Below, in pieces: positions 10,937 to 24,700 of a DNA stretch of 64,000 bases. The position numbers were made by a program, and so were the translations under genes. Every line of letters begins with the position of its first letter. Position 1 is the first letter of the stretch. The notes below the pieces were generated by a model. It saw only the letters and a list, made by a program, of their open reading frames with translations. It ran no database searches and was not told the DNA's origin. The stretch comes from Rhizophagus irregularis (Eukaryota), in assembly GCF_026210795.1 (NCBI RefSeq), contig NC_089435.1:1426001-1490000 (forward strand), given 5' to 3'.

Positions 10937-12363
10937 TGCCGGAACTTAATAAAGACGTAATTTTCTTAATATTAAAAGAATTACAACAAAATGATGTAAA
11001 ATCTCTTTATCCATATCTTTTGATTAATAAAACTTGGTGTGAAACTACAGTACCAATTCTATGGAAGAATCCTGTTAATCGTTATTACGAAATTAATAAA
11101 GTAAATAATAACTTATTTAATGTAATTATTTCACATATATCAGAAGAATCAAAAGAAAATTTGAAGAATCAAGGAATTGAAATTTTTACAAAAACTTATA
11201 AACGACCTTCATTTAATTATATTAGTTATTGGAGACATTTGGATTTATTATTTTTACAACTCATGATGGATTTTTTTTTAAAATATAAAAATATTGAAAG
11301 GTTCAAATTTTCTATTATAGGAAAAGAAATATTGAATCTATTCAATAAAAATACAAAATTTATTTTTTTGAATTTGATTAATTCTCAAAGGTTCAATACA
11401 TTCCATATTTCAGGGACTGAAAATTGTTTTTCAGAACTTGAAACTTTTCATTGTAATGATTTTATCAATTGTAATACTTTAAAAAGATTAGCTATTATAA
11501 ATACATCAATTAAAGAATTGAAATTTGAAATTGACAATAATATCGATAAACCTGGAATCGTTAGATTGATTGAAGTTCAAAAAAATCTAAAAAATGTTTA
11601 TTTAATTCTTAATTATACATATGTTGTTAATGAATCATATCACACAACAATAGAAAATTCGCTTATTAAATGTGCAAATACTGTTCAGTATTTGAGAATA
11701 GATTGGAAACCTTACACAAAATTTCTTTCATATTTTGTAAATTTATTAAGCTTAGAAATAAAAGCTCCTCATGACGCAAATTGGAGCCATTTAGAAGAAA
11801 TATCTTTACCTCTTTTAAAGTTTTTAAAAGCACATTCCATACCATCTAGAGTGTTGACAAGTTTAATTAATAATACAAAAGCGCATCTCATTGAAATTAG
11901 TATTTTTTATCAAGGTATTGATGATGGAAAACTTATCAAAACAATTTGTCAAAGTTGTCCGAATCTTAGCTATCTTAGATTATCAATGTATAATACTAAT
12001 GATATTTTGAAATTTGAAGATCTATTGATTAATTGTCTATCCTTAAATAGATTAGAAATTACCGGGATGAATGTTTCTAATGAATTTAATTGGGATATGC
12101 TATTCATAATATTGGCAAAGTTTTCACCAATTGGATTATTTAAGTTTAAATTTTCTTCTTATGGGAGTAAATTCAAATCAAGTTCTTTAAAATTATTTTT
12201 TGATAATTGGAAGAATAGATATCCTATGTTATTACAAATAATTTCAGCGGAACATATAAGCAATGATCGAAAGAAATTAGAAAATCTGGTACAAATATAT
12301 AAAGTAAATGGTATAGTTGAAAAATATAACATTGATGGTGATGATTTTGAAGGGTTTAAATAG
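10936..12363 (+). CDS. F-box / RNI-like LRR protein (475 aa), family A
   Basis: N-terminal LNKDVIFLILKEL...LYPYLLINKTWCETTVPILWKNP F-box-like motif, followed by LRR-like segments (CPNLSYLRLS); intronless. Confidence 0.88.
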
Positions 12364-13796
12364 ATTCATAAAAAAAAAAAACGTTGAATATGTATTTATT
12401 ATTTTTTATATTTTTATAGAATACGATATATGATAGAATGCTGATTGTGATGCACGAAACCAACATAAACTTATTTATTATTATAAATTAAAGAATTATC
12501 TATATAATAAAAAAATATTTTATTATGCACTTAAATATTTTTTCCCATTTGACAATCTAACGCCATCCCTCCTAAAATATAAATATATATTTAAATTTAT
12601 TAATTTTTTTTTTTTAACAGCACATTTTTTATGATAAATGAGATAAAATATCGGATTTATTTTAAATAGTAACTTAAAATCTACTCTATTCATAAATAAA
12701 GGGAATTTCTTTTTTTAATCAGATGTTTTATATATAAAGAGATTCACATGATGGAAAATGTCTGTTTTAACAAAATATTATTCAAAGTTGTTTCATATCA
12801 AAAAAATTATCTTAAAATGAAGGACAAATGTTTCTTGTAATTTTTTTGGTATGCATAAAAAAAATAGAAGAGTTATCACTTTATATCAGCTTCAAAAATA
12901 TTTAAGAAAAAAACATGAAGTAAATAAATAAATTATCCGTTATCAACTTTGTGATAAATAAATATAAATAAAGACCTTCTTTGTCTAGTTATCAACGTGC
13001 ATACTATTGGTACATATGTTGTTTTTTGAATGTTATCTTAATTAGATACTCATGGTATTTCGTTATTCTATGATGCTGGAATATTATAGATCATTACTAG
13101 AGGTGCTTACGGTTTCGCCCGTCAAAAAAGGCTAAACCAGTTTCGTAATAAATTTTTTATATGGTGAAATTGCGAAACTTAATATATAAATTGAGATAAT
13201 GTTATTTTGGTTCGTGGGAAGCTTTATCATCTGCGAAAATTTTTAGTGTTTTTTCAATATTTCTTATATTTGCATCATCCGTTTTATGAAGTGATAGGTT
13301 CAATTCTATTTGGTTACAAGTATTGTATGACTTACCATATGTGCTGATATTATAACCTGCGTCATTGTCAGACAAATATCAACAAAGTCCTTAAATATGT
13401 TTTGTATAAAAATTATGATATATCCCGTAAGCTGAAAGATAAAGCCTTTCATATCACAGTCTACATTTTTTTTTTTACCAAAAGACAAATTTCTGTAATT
13501 TAGTAAATTGTTAAAAATATGTATTGAACTTGTCTCAGTAGCACTGTCTCTGATCCTAATGCTGGACGTTACGTCGTTCCATGATAAATATGACTTATTT
13601 AATTGCATTACAAAATTGTGAATAACTTTTTGTCATAATAAATTTGAAAGGTGACAATTAAAATTCTTTTTACATTATAAATTTATAATGCTTCATTACT
13701 ATATACTATAATTTGTTACACAATTACGCACGCAACTTACGCAACCAATATTAAACATGAATAAAAGGTATTAAACACAGTTTTTATTTTTTAAAA

Positions 13797-15088
13797 ATGG
13801 AAAATAAAGACGTTATTTATTTAGTATTAAAAGATCTAAAATATGATAAAATATCTCTTTATTCATGTCTTCTTATTAACAGAACTTGATGTAAAATGAC
13901 GGTGCCAATTCTATGGAATATCCCTATTAAACTACTAGACCTTTTCCCAAAAGCACGCTTCTATAAACTTAATATTTTATTTAACGTAATATTTTTACAT
14001 TTAACAGAAGAATCAAGAAATAATTTGAAGAAGCAAGGAATTAATCTTTTCATAATTTACAGCTTTTTTTATCATGAATTCTAATAAATATAAATTCATA
14101 TGTTTCCAAAAACTAATATAATTAAATAAAAGTTGTTGTTAGTACGTAATTTTAAAGAGTCCAAAATCATTAATTTAGGAAAAGAAATATTGGATCTATT
14201 TAATAAGAATACAAAATTTGTTTCTCTTTATGTTCAAAATTCACATCATAACAATATTATAGAGGGTGAGCATTATTTTTCAGAACTTAAATACTTCAAT
14301 TGTAGTTCCGAGGTTATTATGAAACGCAAAGTTTCATTATAGAGATTAGCTATAATTAACAAATCAATTAAAAAATTAAAATATATTGAATTTGATGTCC
14401 GTAAATCTGGAATCAATAGATTGATTGAAGTTCAAAAAAATTTAAGAGAAGTCGATTTCACCTATTATCCAATTGATTCAAGTAATCCCGAAATAGTTGA
14501 AGAATCTCTAATTAAATGTTCAAATACTATTCAGTATTTGAAAATAAATTGGAAACCTTTCACAAATTTTCTTTCATATCTTGTAAATCATTGAGATTGA
14601 CATTTTTTATAAAGATACGATGATGGAAGTCTCCTCCAGGCAATTTATCAAAATTGTCCAAATCTTAGTTATCTTAAATTAACATTAAATGATAGGAATA
14701 TTTCGGAGTTGAAAATGTTTTGATTAATTGTCAATATTTAATGGGACTAGTAATTAGAGAATATTATGATTCTTATTATTCTAGTAAATTTAATTGGGAT
14801 AAATTGTTAAAAATATTGATCAGATCTTCGCCAATTAGTTTGTTTAGGTTGAAATTTCATTCTGAGAAGGTAAAGAATATATTAGAAGCCTTAACATCTT
14901 TCTTGGTAATTGAAAAGATAGACACTCTATATTATTACACGCATATTCAGCGAGGGGTGATCCGAAGAACCAGCAATTAAAAGATTTATTGCAATCATAT
15001 AAAGTAAAATGTATAATCAAAAAATATGAAACTTGTGGTGGATTTGAAGATTTTGAATGGATAAATAAATTGGGTACTATACTATAAA
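13797..15088 (+). pseudogene. F-box/LRR family A pseudogene
   Basis: MENKDVIYLVLKDLKYDKISLYSCLLINRT* (TGA at 13887 replaces the conserved Trp), then fragments in different frames, an internal deletion and a C-terminal GGFEDFEWI. Confidence 0.85.
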
Positions 15089-15103
15089 TAATTTGATTAT
15101 TAC

Positions 15104-15106
<3 letters not shown>

Positions 15107-15144
<38 letters not shown>
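15107..15144. repeat. (TA)n microsatellite
   Basis: Uninterrupted TA run. Confidence 0.95.
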
Positions 15145-15148
<4 letters not shown>

Positions 15149-15654
15149 TTGTAAAAATTATAAATATTCTATGAATCAAATTTAATAAACAATAAAGAGT
15201 TTTGAGTGAAGTAGCGATTTTAGGTTTTTAAGTCTAAAATGTTTAAAAGCTACTGTATTTTCTGTAGACTTCACTATTACATATCTTTCTCTTTAGGTTA
15301 ATGGATAATTAAGAAAATTATAAATTCTGGTACAATTAACTAACATTTTGTGATGAAATATATTTCATTTTTTTTTTATTTTTCACATCATATGTTTAAA
15401 CCATAATTTCAAGGAAAATATGAGAGAAAAAAAGCTAAGATTATACGCAATATTAACCCAAAGATAAGATTTTCTGGTAATTTTTATCTTTAAGTGGAAA
15501 AAATTTTAGTCGATCATCCCATTTTGACCAGATTTTCGCCAAAATTTTCCCATTCCATTTTTAAAAATCACCACCTGCACAGTTGCCGTGGATACGAAAA
15601 AAATTGCCTTTTTGGTAAAAAAGTCTCCAGTTAATCTTTATATTATTATGTACT

Positions 15655-15720
15655 TGTACATGTACATGAACATGAACATGAACATGAACATGAACATGTA
15701 CAGTACATGTACATGTACAG
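15655..15720. repeat. Hexamer microsatellite (CATGAA / CATGTA)n
   Basis: tgtacatgtacatgaacatgaacatgaacatgaacatgaacatgtacagtacatgtacatgtacag. Confidence 0.9.
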
Positions 15721-15857
15721 AGAAAGTGAACATTCACTATGGAAACTTTTTGCGCTGAGTTTAACTGTGCTGCTCAAAAAGAATGTTAACTTGACAGATC
15801 ATGAAATAGTATGTTGATCATTTTTTATTAAAATGTGAAAAAAAAAAAATTTTTTTT

Positions 15858-16720
15858 TTAATCAAAAACGTCAAAAATTTGACGTTTTTGTGATTGAAAA
15901 ATCAAAAAAAAATTAATTTTTTTTAATCAAAACATCAGACTTGACGTTTTTGTGATTGAAAAATCAAAAATAATTGATTTTTTTTAATCAAAAACGTCAA
16001 AATAATTGATTTTTTTAATCAACTTGACGTTTCTGTGATTAAAAAATCAAAAAAAAAATGATTTTTTTAATCAAAAACGTCAGACTTGACGTTTTTGTGA
16101 TTATAAAATCATTTTTTTTTGATTTTTATTAGCTAAGAACGTCAGACTTGACGTTTTTGTTATTAAAATCAAGGAAAAATGATTTTTATTAGCTAAAAAC
16201 GTCAGACTTGACGTTTTTGTTATTAAAAATCAAGGGAAAATGATTTTTATTAGCTAAAAACGTCAGACTTGACGTTTTTGTTATTAAAAATCAAGGGAAA
16301 ATGATTTTTATTAGCTAAAAACGTCAGACTTGACGTTTTTGTTATTAAAAATCAAGGGAAAATGATTTTTATTAGCTAAAAACGTCAGACTTGACGTTTT
16401 TGTTATTAAAAATCAAGGGAAAATGATTTTTATTAGCTAAAAACGTCAGACTTGACGTTTTTGTTATTAAAAATCAAGGGAAAATGATTTTTATTAGCTA
16501 AAAACGTCAGACTTGACGTTTTTGTTATTAAAAATCAAGGGAAAATGATTTTTATTAGCTAAAAACGTCAGACTTGACGTTTTTGTTATTAAAAATCAAG
16601 GGAAAATGATTTTTATTAGCTAAAAACGTCAGACTTGACGTTTTTGTTATTAAAAATCAAGGAAATTTGATTTTTATTAGCTAAAAACGTCATACTTGAC
16701 GTTTTTGTTAGCTAAAAATC
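15858..16720. repeat. 61-bp tandem array (~14 units) with the internal palindrome AAAAACGTCA-GACT-TGACGTTTTT
   Basis: gtcagacttgacg recurs at 16079, 16141, 16201, 16262, 16323, 16384, 16445, 16506, 16567 and 16628, with a variant at 16689; degenerate units from ~15860; central units identical. Confidence 0.95.
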
Positions 16721-16729
16721 AAAAAAAAA

Positions 16730-18213
16730 TAGTGTACTTTTGTAAAAGTATACTAATAAATTAATAAAAGATTTTTTTATAAACAATAGATTGTGTTTAG
16801 TGAGATTTATAAAAAAATTTAATGAGACTTTTTTTAATAATAGTTTGGTATAAAAAAATTTTCTAGGATTTTTTTTTTTAATAATATAATGGTATAGTAC
16901 AATAGATAGATATAATAAAATTTTCTGGGATTTATTTTAATAACAATAGGTATGATAACATTTTTGGTGATTTTTTTTTAATATTAAACAATAGATTGGT
17001 ATCATAGTACAATAGATTTATTTAATAAGATTTTTGTGATTTTTTTAATAACAATAAATTGGTAATAACAATCATTAACTTATTAAGTTAATAATTGTTT
17101 TTTAGTAAAATTTTTTCCAGTAATACTAATACTACTAATAGGTAATAGATAACTTAATAAACTTTTATAAAATAGATTAAGATATATAAAAAAAATTTGA
17201 GATTTTTTTAACAATAGATTGGTATAGTACAATGAATAGATATAAAAAAATTTTCTGAATTTTTTTTTTAATAATAGATTGATATAAATATATTTTCTGA
17301 ACTTTTTTTTTAACAATAGAGTCATTAGATCAATATAAAAAATTTTTTGATAACAACAGATTGGTATGTTATAACTTATAATGGATAGATATAAAGAATT
17401 TTCTAAGATTTTTTATTAATACAATAGATCAGTTTCTGGAATTTTTTATGACAAATTAATTGGTATAGTACAAAAGATACTAGGTATAAAATTTCTTGGG
17501 ATTTATTTTAACAACAATAGGTATAATAAAATTTTTGGTGACTTTTTTTTAATAACAATAGATTGGTAATAGACAATTATTACTGCGACTAGTAATTATT
17601 GAAAACCAATATGATTTGCCAATTCATTATCAGTTCAGTTTTTAATGTTTTTGCAACATTTTTTATTGTCTATTACCAATCTATTGTTATTAAAAAAAAA
17701 CACAAAAAATTTTATTAAATCAATCCATTGTACTATACCATCCATTGTACTATGATACCAATCTATTATTGTTATTAAAAAAAATATAATCACCAAAAAT
17801 TTAGCATACCTATTGTTATTAATATAAATCTCAGAAAATTTTATTATATCTATCTATTGTACTATACCATTAAAAAAATCTTGGAAAATTTTTTTATTAA
17901 CCTTATTAAATGTAATCTATTGTTTTATTTATATTACTTATCAGTAATATTAGTGTTACTGTGAACTATAAAAAAAATCTTACTAAAAACAATTATTAAC
18001 TTCAGTTAATAAGTTAATTGTTTATTACCAATATATTGTTATTAAAAAAAAATCATAGAAAATTTTTTTATACCAAACTATTATTAAAAAAAAATCTCAT
18101 TAAATTTTTTTATAAATCTCACTAACACAATCTATTGTTATAAAAAAATCTTTTATTAATTTATTAGTATACTTTCAAAAATAAACTCACTCACTATATC
18201 CAAAAGTACACTA
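16730..18213. repeat. ~1.5-kb imperfect foldback (long inverted repeat built from shuffled subrepeats)
   Basis: 16746-16880 is the near-perfect reverse complement of ~18045-18175; 16857-17013 pairs with 17745-17890; 17551-17577 pairs with 17665-17691 around an ~87-nt loop; outer tagtgtacttttg / caaaagtacacta. Confidence 0.9.
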
Positions 18214-21068
18214 GTTAGCTTATAAAATTTAGTGAGTAATGACTAATTCAATCCTAGCTCACTGACTTTTATAAGCTTATAAAAATCTTGTAATTTTATT
18301 AAAATAAATCACATATCATGATATTTGGAATTAATTTTTTTTATATAATATTTTTTTCTTTTTTTGTTTTATTCCACTCATATTTTAATCCCATATTTTA
18401 TTCTCATATTTTTTATTCTAATTTTTAATCAAATTTTAAATAGATATATGTGTATATTAATTGGAGAGAAAATTTTTTTTCTTTCATTTCTACCATTAAA
18501 TTCTTTTTATATTTTATCTTTTTTTTTTACATAATATTCTCAAAAAGTCATTCGGACCCATTATTTTTTATTGGTTAAAATTTTTTTTAAAATCAAAAAT
18601 ATCTGGTTTTCCACTATTCTTAAAATAGTAGCCTAAAATATCATTTCAATTATTTCATTTTAATTTCTTTAAAAATTTAAATAGTGAGTGCTAATATTAA
18701 AAATTTAAATACAGAAATAATAAATTAATAAATAATTTTAATATTTACCAGAATTATACGGTGCAGAACTGAATTCAGATTTCAAATACATAAATACTGT
18801 ACGTCTTGCAACAATACGAAAGATTTGCTTATGATATGTAAAAATTTTATTATTCATATATTTTTTTTTTTCTTAATAAATTAATCGAATATTTCAAAAC
18901 TTTCAAATTGTTGAGAATTGGGAAAATTTGAATATTATTAATTTAAACTTTTTAATTTATTTATCACAAAATTAAAAAAAAAAGTATCAGACTGATTAGT
19001 CTCAAATTCATGGAAATTAACTCATTCAAAATTAATTATAAATTACAAGTTTTTTCAAGTAAATTTACATAAATCAAATATATATAAAATCTTCATTCAT
19101 AAAAAAAGTGTTTTCTGAGAAAGACTTTATTGTGCGATACAGGTGAAGCGCGTCAGATTTCAATTAACATCTGAACATCTGATGCACGTCAATTATCAAC
19201 TGATGCAAATTGACATATGAGGTACAACTATTAACTTATTGAACTTATAGTTAAAATCAATCTTTAATTTAATACTCATTTACTCATTTTCAATTGTCTA
19301 ATAGATATGCAACCACATTGAATTCATTCCAGTTTTAATTTGCATCCAAATTTTTTATGACTTATTATTAATAATTTAATCCTGTGACCCTGGGCAAAAA
19401 ATCATTATTAAATGAACGATCATCTTTAAAATTAACTTAATCTTATTTTTTTTTACTCAGACAGCTAGTATTTTTTATTATTGAATAAAAGGAAAATTCA
19501 TTGTTCTTAACTCTTTAAGTCATTATTTAAATGAAAAATGTGGATAAATTTGTTTAAGATAACATTTAATATTTACAATAATTTATTTTGAAAATTGTAA
19601 TTGTTATTATTATTAATTCTGTTATATATAATATTTGCATATAATTTAAACTAACTAAATTCTTTATTTATAAAATTCCTTTGTAAATTGATGTAATATT
19701 AAAAAAAATTTTCTTCATTAGGTATTTATTGCTATTGGATTGAGAAAATTGCAAAATGCATATTTATCAGTCTGAAGGTAAGAACCAATTAGGAAGTGGA
19801 AAGTTAGAAAACCTGAAAGAGAATTAAATATTAAAATATTATAAGGAATAAAATAACCTAGGAAAAGAAGAGGAAAAACTAAGGCAAAGATGGAAAAATT
19901 AAAATGTACTATATAATTGTACTTTACTGTATATCACTGTTAGCTTCTCTATTTCACTATTAAAAGGAATATTATTATTATATAATCCATAAATTAAATA
20001 TTATTTTTAATATCATTTTGATATTGTGACGATATCATACTTATGTTGGCAACCAATAAATTTCTTCTTGACAATTGTCTTGCTATGATGGTACTGTTCA
20101 AGAGGAGTTTTAATGCGAATTTAATTTCTACCTTATTTAGGTATTTTTGAAGGCCAAATACTATATGAGTTATTATTAGATATTAATGCTGTTTTAAGTG
20201 AATATGTTTTTAATATTTTAAATAAAAAATTAGGCTTTAGTAATTAGAAATAAAGAATACATAATACGATGTTAAACTTCTTGATAAAAAAATTTGAGTT
20301 TGCATTATCAATTCTAACACTCTTTTCTGGAGGTTTTTTTTTGAAGTGTCTGGTAAAAACCTAAACATTAATTTGTTCCTATAATTTTTGTCATAATATA
20401 TATAATACTGAATACTAAAAAAATATCAAAAAATGCATTTATCAATAAATTTCGAATTGCACTATCATACATTCGGTATGGAATATATAAATTGTAGTAT
20501 TTACTATTATGTAAATTTACATCCCTCTTCTACTTCCTCTTAAATTTCTATCACCAGAATTGACCCAAAATTGACCTATATTCATGTCCTTATTATAAAC
20601 AGGAAATAACATAATATGATTATTATACTTACAAATGTTGTATAATTTATTTAGAAGTAATCTTTGATAGAAGCTATAAAATAAAAGAATAATGTCCGAT
20701 ATTCCATAGGATCATGTATAGTAAAATTTTATAGTTATCCGATAGTATTTTATATGCAATATCGAATATGAAATTTATTTTATTATTAATTATACATGCA
20801 ATAAAATATATCTATATACATTATCAATTATATAAGCTAATTAATGTGGAAAATTAAAAGTACAGTTATTAAATGTCATAATATATTTGCCCTTATTTAA
20901 TGTAGATTTATTTTTATTAAGGAGTTGCTTTTTGACTTTCATTATAAAGTTGTAAGAAAATAATGATAAGAAAAAAAATGGTAATGAAAGAAAGAAAAAA
21001 AGGTAAACTTTGTTAGACTATTTAGGCTATTGATAAACATGATCATAGAGGCCTCTCGGATATAAAAT

Positions 21069-21213
21069 TTATCCGATGGAAAATGATTACATTATTTTAC
21101 TTATTACAGGTAAATGATTGGCTGAATAAGCCACTTCGTGGCCTAATATTTTCAGCCAATCATTTACCCTCCATAAGTAAAAATAATGTTATTCACTCTT
21201 TTCCATCGGATAA
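21069..21213. other. 145-nt near-perfect hairpin (palindromic MITE core or hairpin-RNA precursor)
   Basis: TTATCCGATGGAAAA/TTTTCCATCGGATAA, CATTATTTTACTTAT/ATAAGTAAAAATAATG, GGTAAATGATTGGCTGAA/TTCAGCCAATCATTTACC, and a GCCAC-TTC-GTGGC apex. Confidence 0.85.
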
Positions 21214-21700
21214 CTATATAATATCTCAGTTGATTTATTTTTTTATTAAATATTGCTCATCTTACTTATTAAGTTTTAAGTTGCATAATAATAAGATTAC
21301 GCCAATAAAAGCCCAGTCTTTTCCTAAACCCAGTTCACATGAAATATTTTATTATTTTGATATGTTATGCTATTTTTGTTTAACATTTTTACAATATAAA
21401 AAGTAGAAAGTTTTATTTTGGAATATATTAAAATTTACACTTATAATTTATATGAAGAATTATTTTATTAAGTGTTAATATCACAAGCATAGCATATCAG
21501 AAAAAATATTATATTTAATATGTCCAATTACAAACTGACTTTATTATGTAAAAAAAAACGCTTACATACTAACTATAAACAGTGTTGGACAAAACTATAT
21601 ATTAATTATAAAATAGAAGTTATACAAATATATATAAGTAAATAAATTTTATTAAACAAAATTTTATAATCATATACTTTATTTGGATTTCATACTGGAG

Positions 21701-24700
21701 TTAGATCACATGGTCTAAACATTGAGAATGGTCATCATCATCATATTTTGGAAGATCTTTTGTAAAGGAATTAAGTAATCGAGATATATAAATAGCTTGT
21801 GGATGGGTAGTTATTTGATAATTTTTAGTGGATATAGAATTTGCTTCTCTATATTCTTCTGCTTTCTTGAATTGCATTCCAATTTCTTCCATGAAAAAAT
21901 CTTCTCTCTTGAATTGCACTTCAATTACTTCATTTTCTTCTATGAAAAAACCTTCTCTCTTAAATTGCATTTCAATTTCTTCATTTTCTACTATGAAAGT
22001 ATCTCTTTTATATGAAATATGAAATGATGTGATTAATTTATCTATCTCAAAAATATTTGGTCTGTTGTTTGGGATTGAATCCCAACACTTTTTCATTAAC
22101 TCGATATAACATTTTGGTGCTTCCGTTTCACTTATTTCAGGTCTGACTCCATTACAAATATCTAATGCAAGACAATGATCATGTGCACGATTGTAAAAGG
22201 GTTGTTTTCCAGTTGCTACAAAATACATTATCATACCAAAGCTATAGATATCTGCTGCTTGAGTATAAAGTTTTCCTCTTAATACTTCAGGAGAGACATA
22301 AGGCATGACTCCATAAATTTTAGTTTCATCTATATTATCAACCTCTCCACATAAGCCCATATCTGAAATCGATATACAATTACTAAAATCATTTATAATA
22401 TGCAATAATAATATATTTCCTGTATGAAAATCACGATGAACTAAATTTTTTTGATGAATTTCTTTAAGACCATTAATAATATTAAGCAATGCAGATAATT
22501 TATCTTCCCATCTAAAATATACACAATTTTCATTTATCCAATGATTAAAATTTCCATCTTTTGCATATTGGAGAACCATAACATATTCTTCTGTATCTAA
22601 ATTTTGAGATATTCCATATATATTAAGAATATTACTACTTTTATTTATTGAGTATTCCTTAACCTAGTAAAATTTATTTATAGTAAGTAATAATTACTAG
22701 TATATCATGTCTAAAAAATCATTTGCAATGGAAAATTCTTATAAATAATTAATTTAAAGAAATTTCATACCTCATTTAAAAATTTATCAGTAATATTTTG
22801 GGAATTATGTAAACATTTCAAGGCAATTACTCTATTTGGATTCCTATTATATAATTTTCTATCTACATTATATTCTAAGGGGCCATCCTTCCATTTTGCA
22901 GAATATACTGTAGAAAAGCCACCCTCACCTATTTTCTTAATATTACTAAACTGACTGTATGGTATCCATTCAAATACTATTTCATTATAGTCATTTATTT
23001 TTAATCGCATTTCTTGAATGCAATTATCAATTTTTTTATTTCCACTTGTACAATTAAGAACCAGAATATAATCTCCTGTATCTGGATTTTGAGATATTCC
23101 ATACAATACTTGAAATGCTTTGTATTTTGTTGGATATTTCTTAGCCTAAATACAAATAAAGAGATTGTAAATAAATAATTAAAAGTATTTAGATATTTAA
23201 TGAAATTTCATACTTCATTTATTAAAGAATCAATGGATTCTTGTGAATTGTGTAAACATTTTAAAGCAACTTCTTTATTTGTATTTCTTGTATATCCACA
23301 AGTCTCTCCATTATGATATAATGAACCATCCTTCCATATTGCTGAATATACTGTTATAAGGCTATTTTTGCCTTTCTCTTTAATTTCATTAAACTGATTG
23401 TATGGTATCCATTCAAGCACTACTTCATCATAGTCATAATCATTTATTATTAGTTGTCTTTCATGGATGAAATCATCAATTTTTTCATATCCACTAATCC
23501 ATGTATTATTTTTTTGAACTAAGATATAGTCTCCTGTATATGGATTTTGAGATATTCCATACAATGCTTGAAATTTTTTATGTTTTGTTGGATATTTTTT
23601 AGCCTAATTATAAATAAAAGAGATTGTAAATACATTAATCAAAAGTATATAAATAATTAAGGAAATTTTATACCTCATTTATTAAAAAATCAATGGATTC
23701 TTGTGAATTACATAAACATTTTAATGCAACTTTTTTATTTGAAGTTCTTGTATAATAACCCCGTATCCAATCATCCTTATAGCATAATGGACCATCCTTC
23801 CATATTGCTGAATATACTGTTATAAGGCCATTTTTACCTGTTTCTTTAATTTCATAAAATTGATCATATGGTATCCATTCAAGCACTATATCATCTTTAT
23901 TGTAATTAGGTTTTAATTGAACTTCTTGAATGAAATCATCAATTTTTTTATTTCCATTGATCCATATATGATTATTTTGAACCAAAATATAATCTTCTGT
24001 ATTTGGATTTTGAGATATTCCATACAATGCTTGAATTGCTTTATAATTGGTTGAATATTTTTTAGCCTAATTGTAAATAAAAGAGATTGTAAATATAATT
24101 AATAAAATATTTTTAAATATTTAAAGAAATTTCAAACCTCATTTATTAAAGAATCAATGGATTCTTGCGAATTATGTAAACATTTTAAAACAACTTCTTT
24201 ATTTGAACATCTTCTCCCTAGTCCTTGAAAGAAATTATGGTACAATGGACCATCCTTCCATATTGCTGAATATACTGTTATAAGGTCATTTTTGCCTTTC
24301 TCTTCAAATTCATTAAACTGATTATATGGTATCCATTCAAGCACAATATCATTATAATCCTCCATATTTAATTGTCTTTCTTGAATGAAATCATCAATTT
24401 TTTCATATCCACTGATCCATACATTATTTTTTTGAACTAAGATATAGTCTCCTGTATCTGGATTTTGAGATATTCCATACAATACTTGAAATGCTTTATA
24501 ATTTGTTGGATATTTTTTAGCCTAATTGTAAATAAAAGAAATTGTAAATATGTTAATCAAAAAAATATTTAAATATTTAAAGAAATTTCATACTTCATTT
24601 ATTAAAGAATCAATGGATCCTTGCGAATTATGTAAACATTTTAAAGAAACTTTCTTATTTAAATCTCTTGTACAATTACTCCAACTATGCTCCCTGTATA

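Noticed and set aside
13887..13889. TGA-as-Trp recoding (also at 36717)
   Set aside because: Both copies have further frameshifts and deletions, and intact paralogs use TGG; these are simple nonsense mutations, and two cases cannot show RIP-like mutagenesis
15858..16720. CRISPR array (palindromic repeat with regular spacing)
   Set aside because: The intervening sequences are identical rather than unique spacers, there are no cas genes, and the context is eukaryotic
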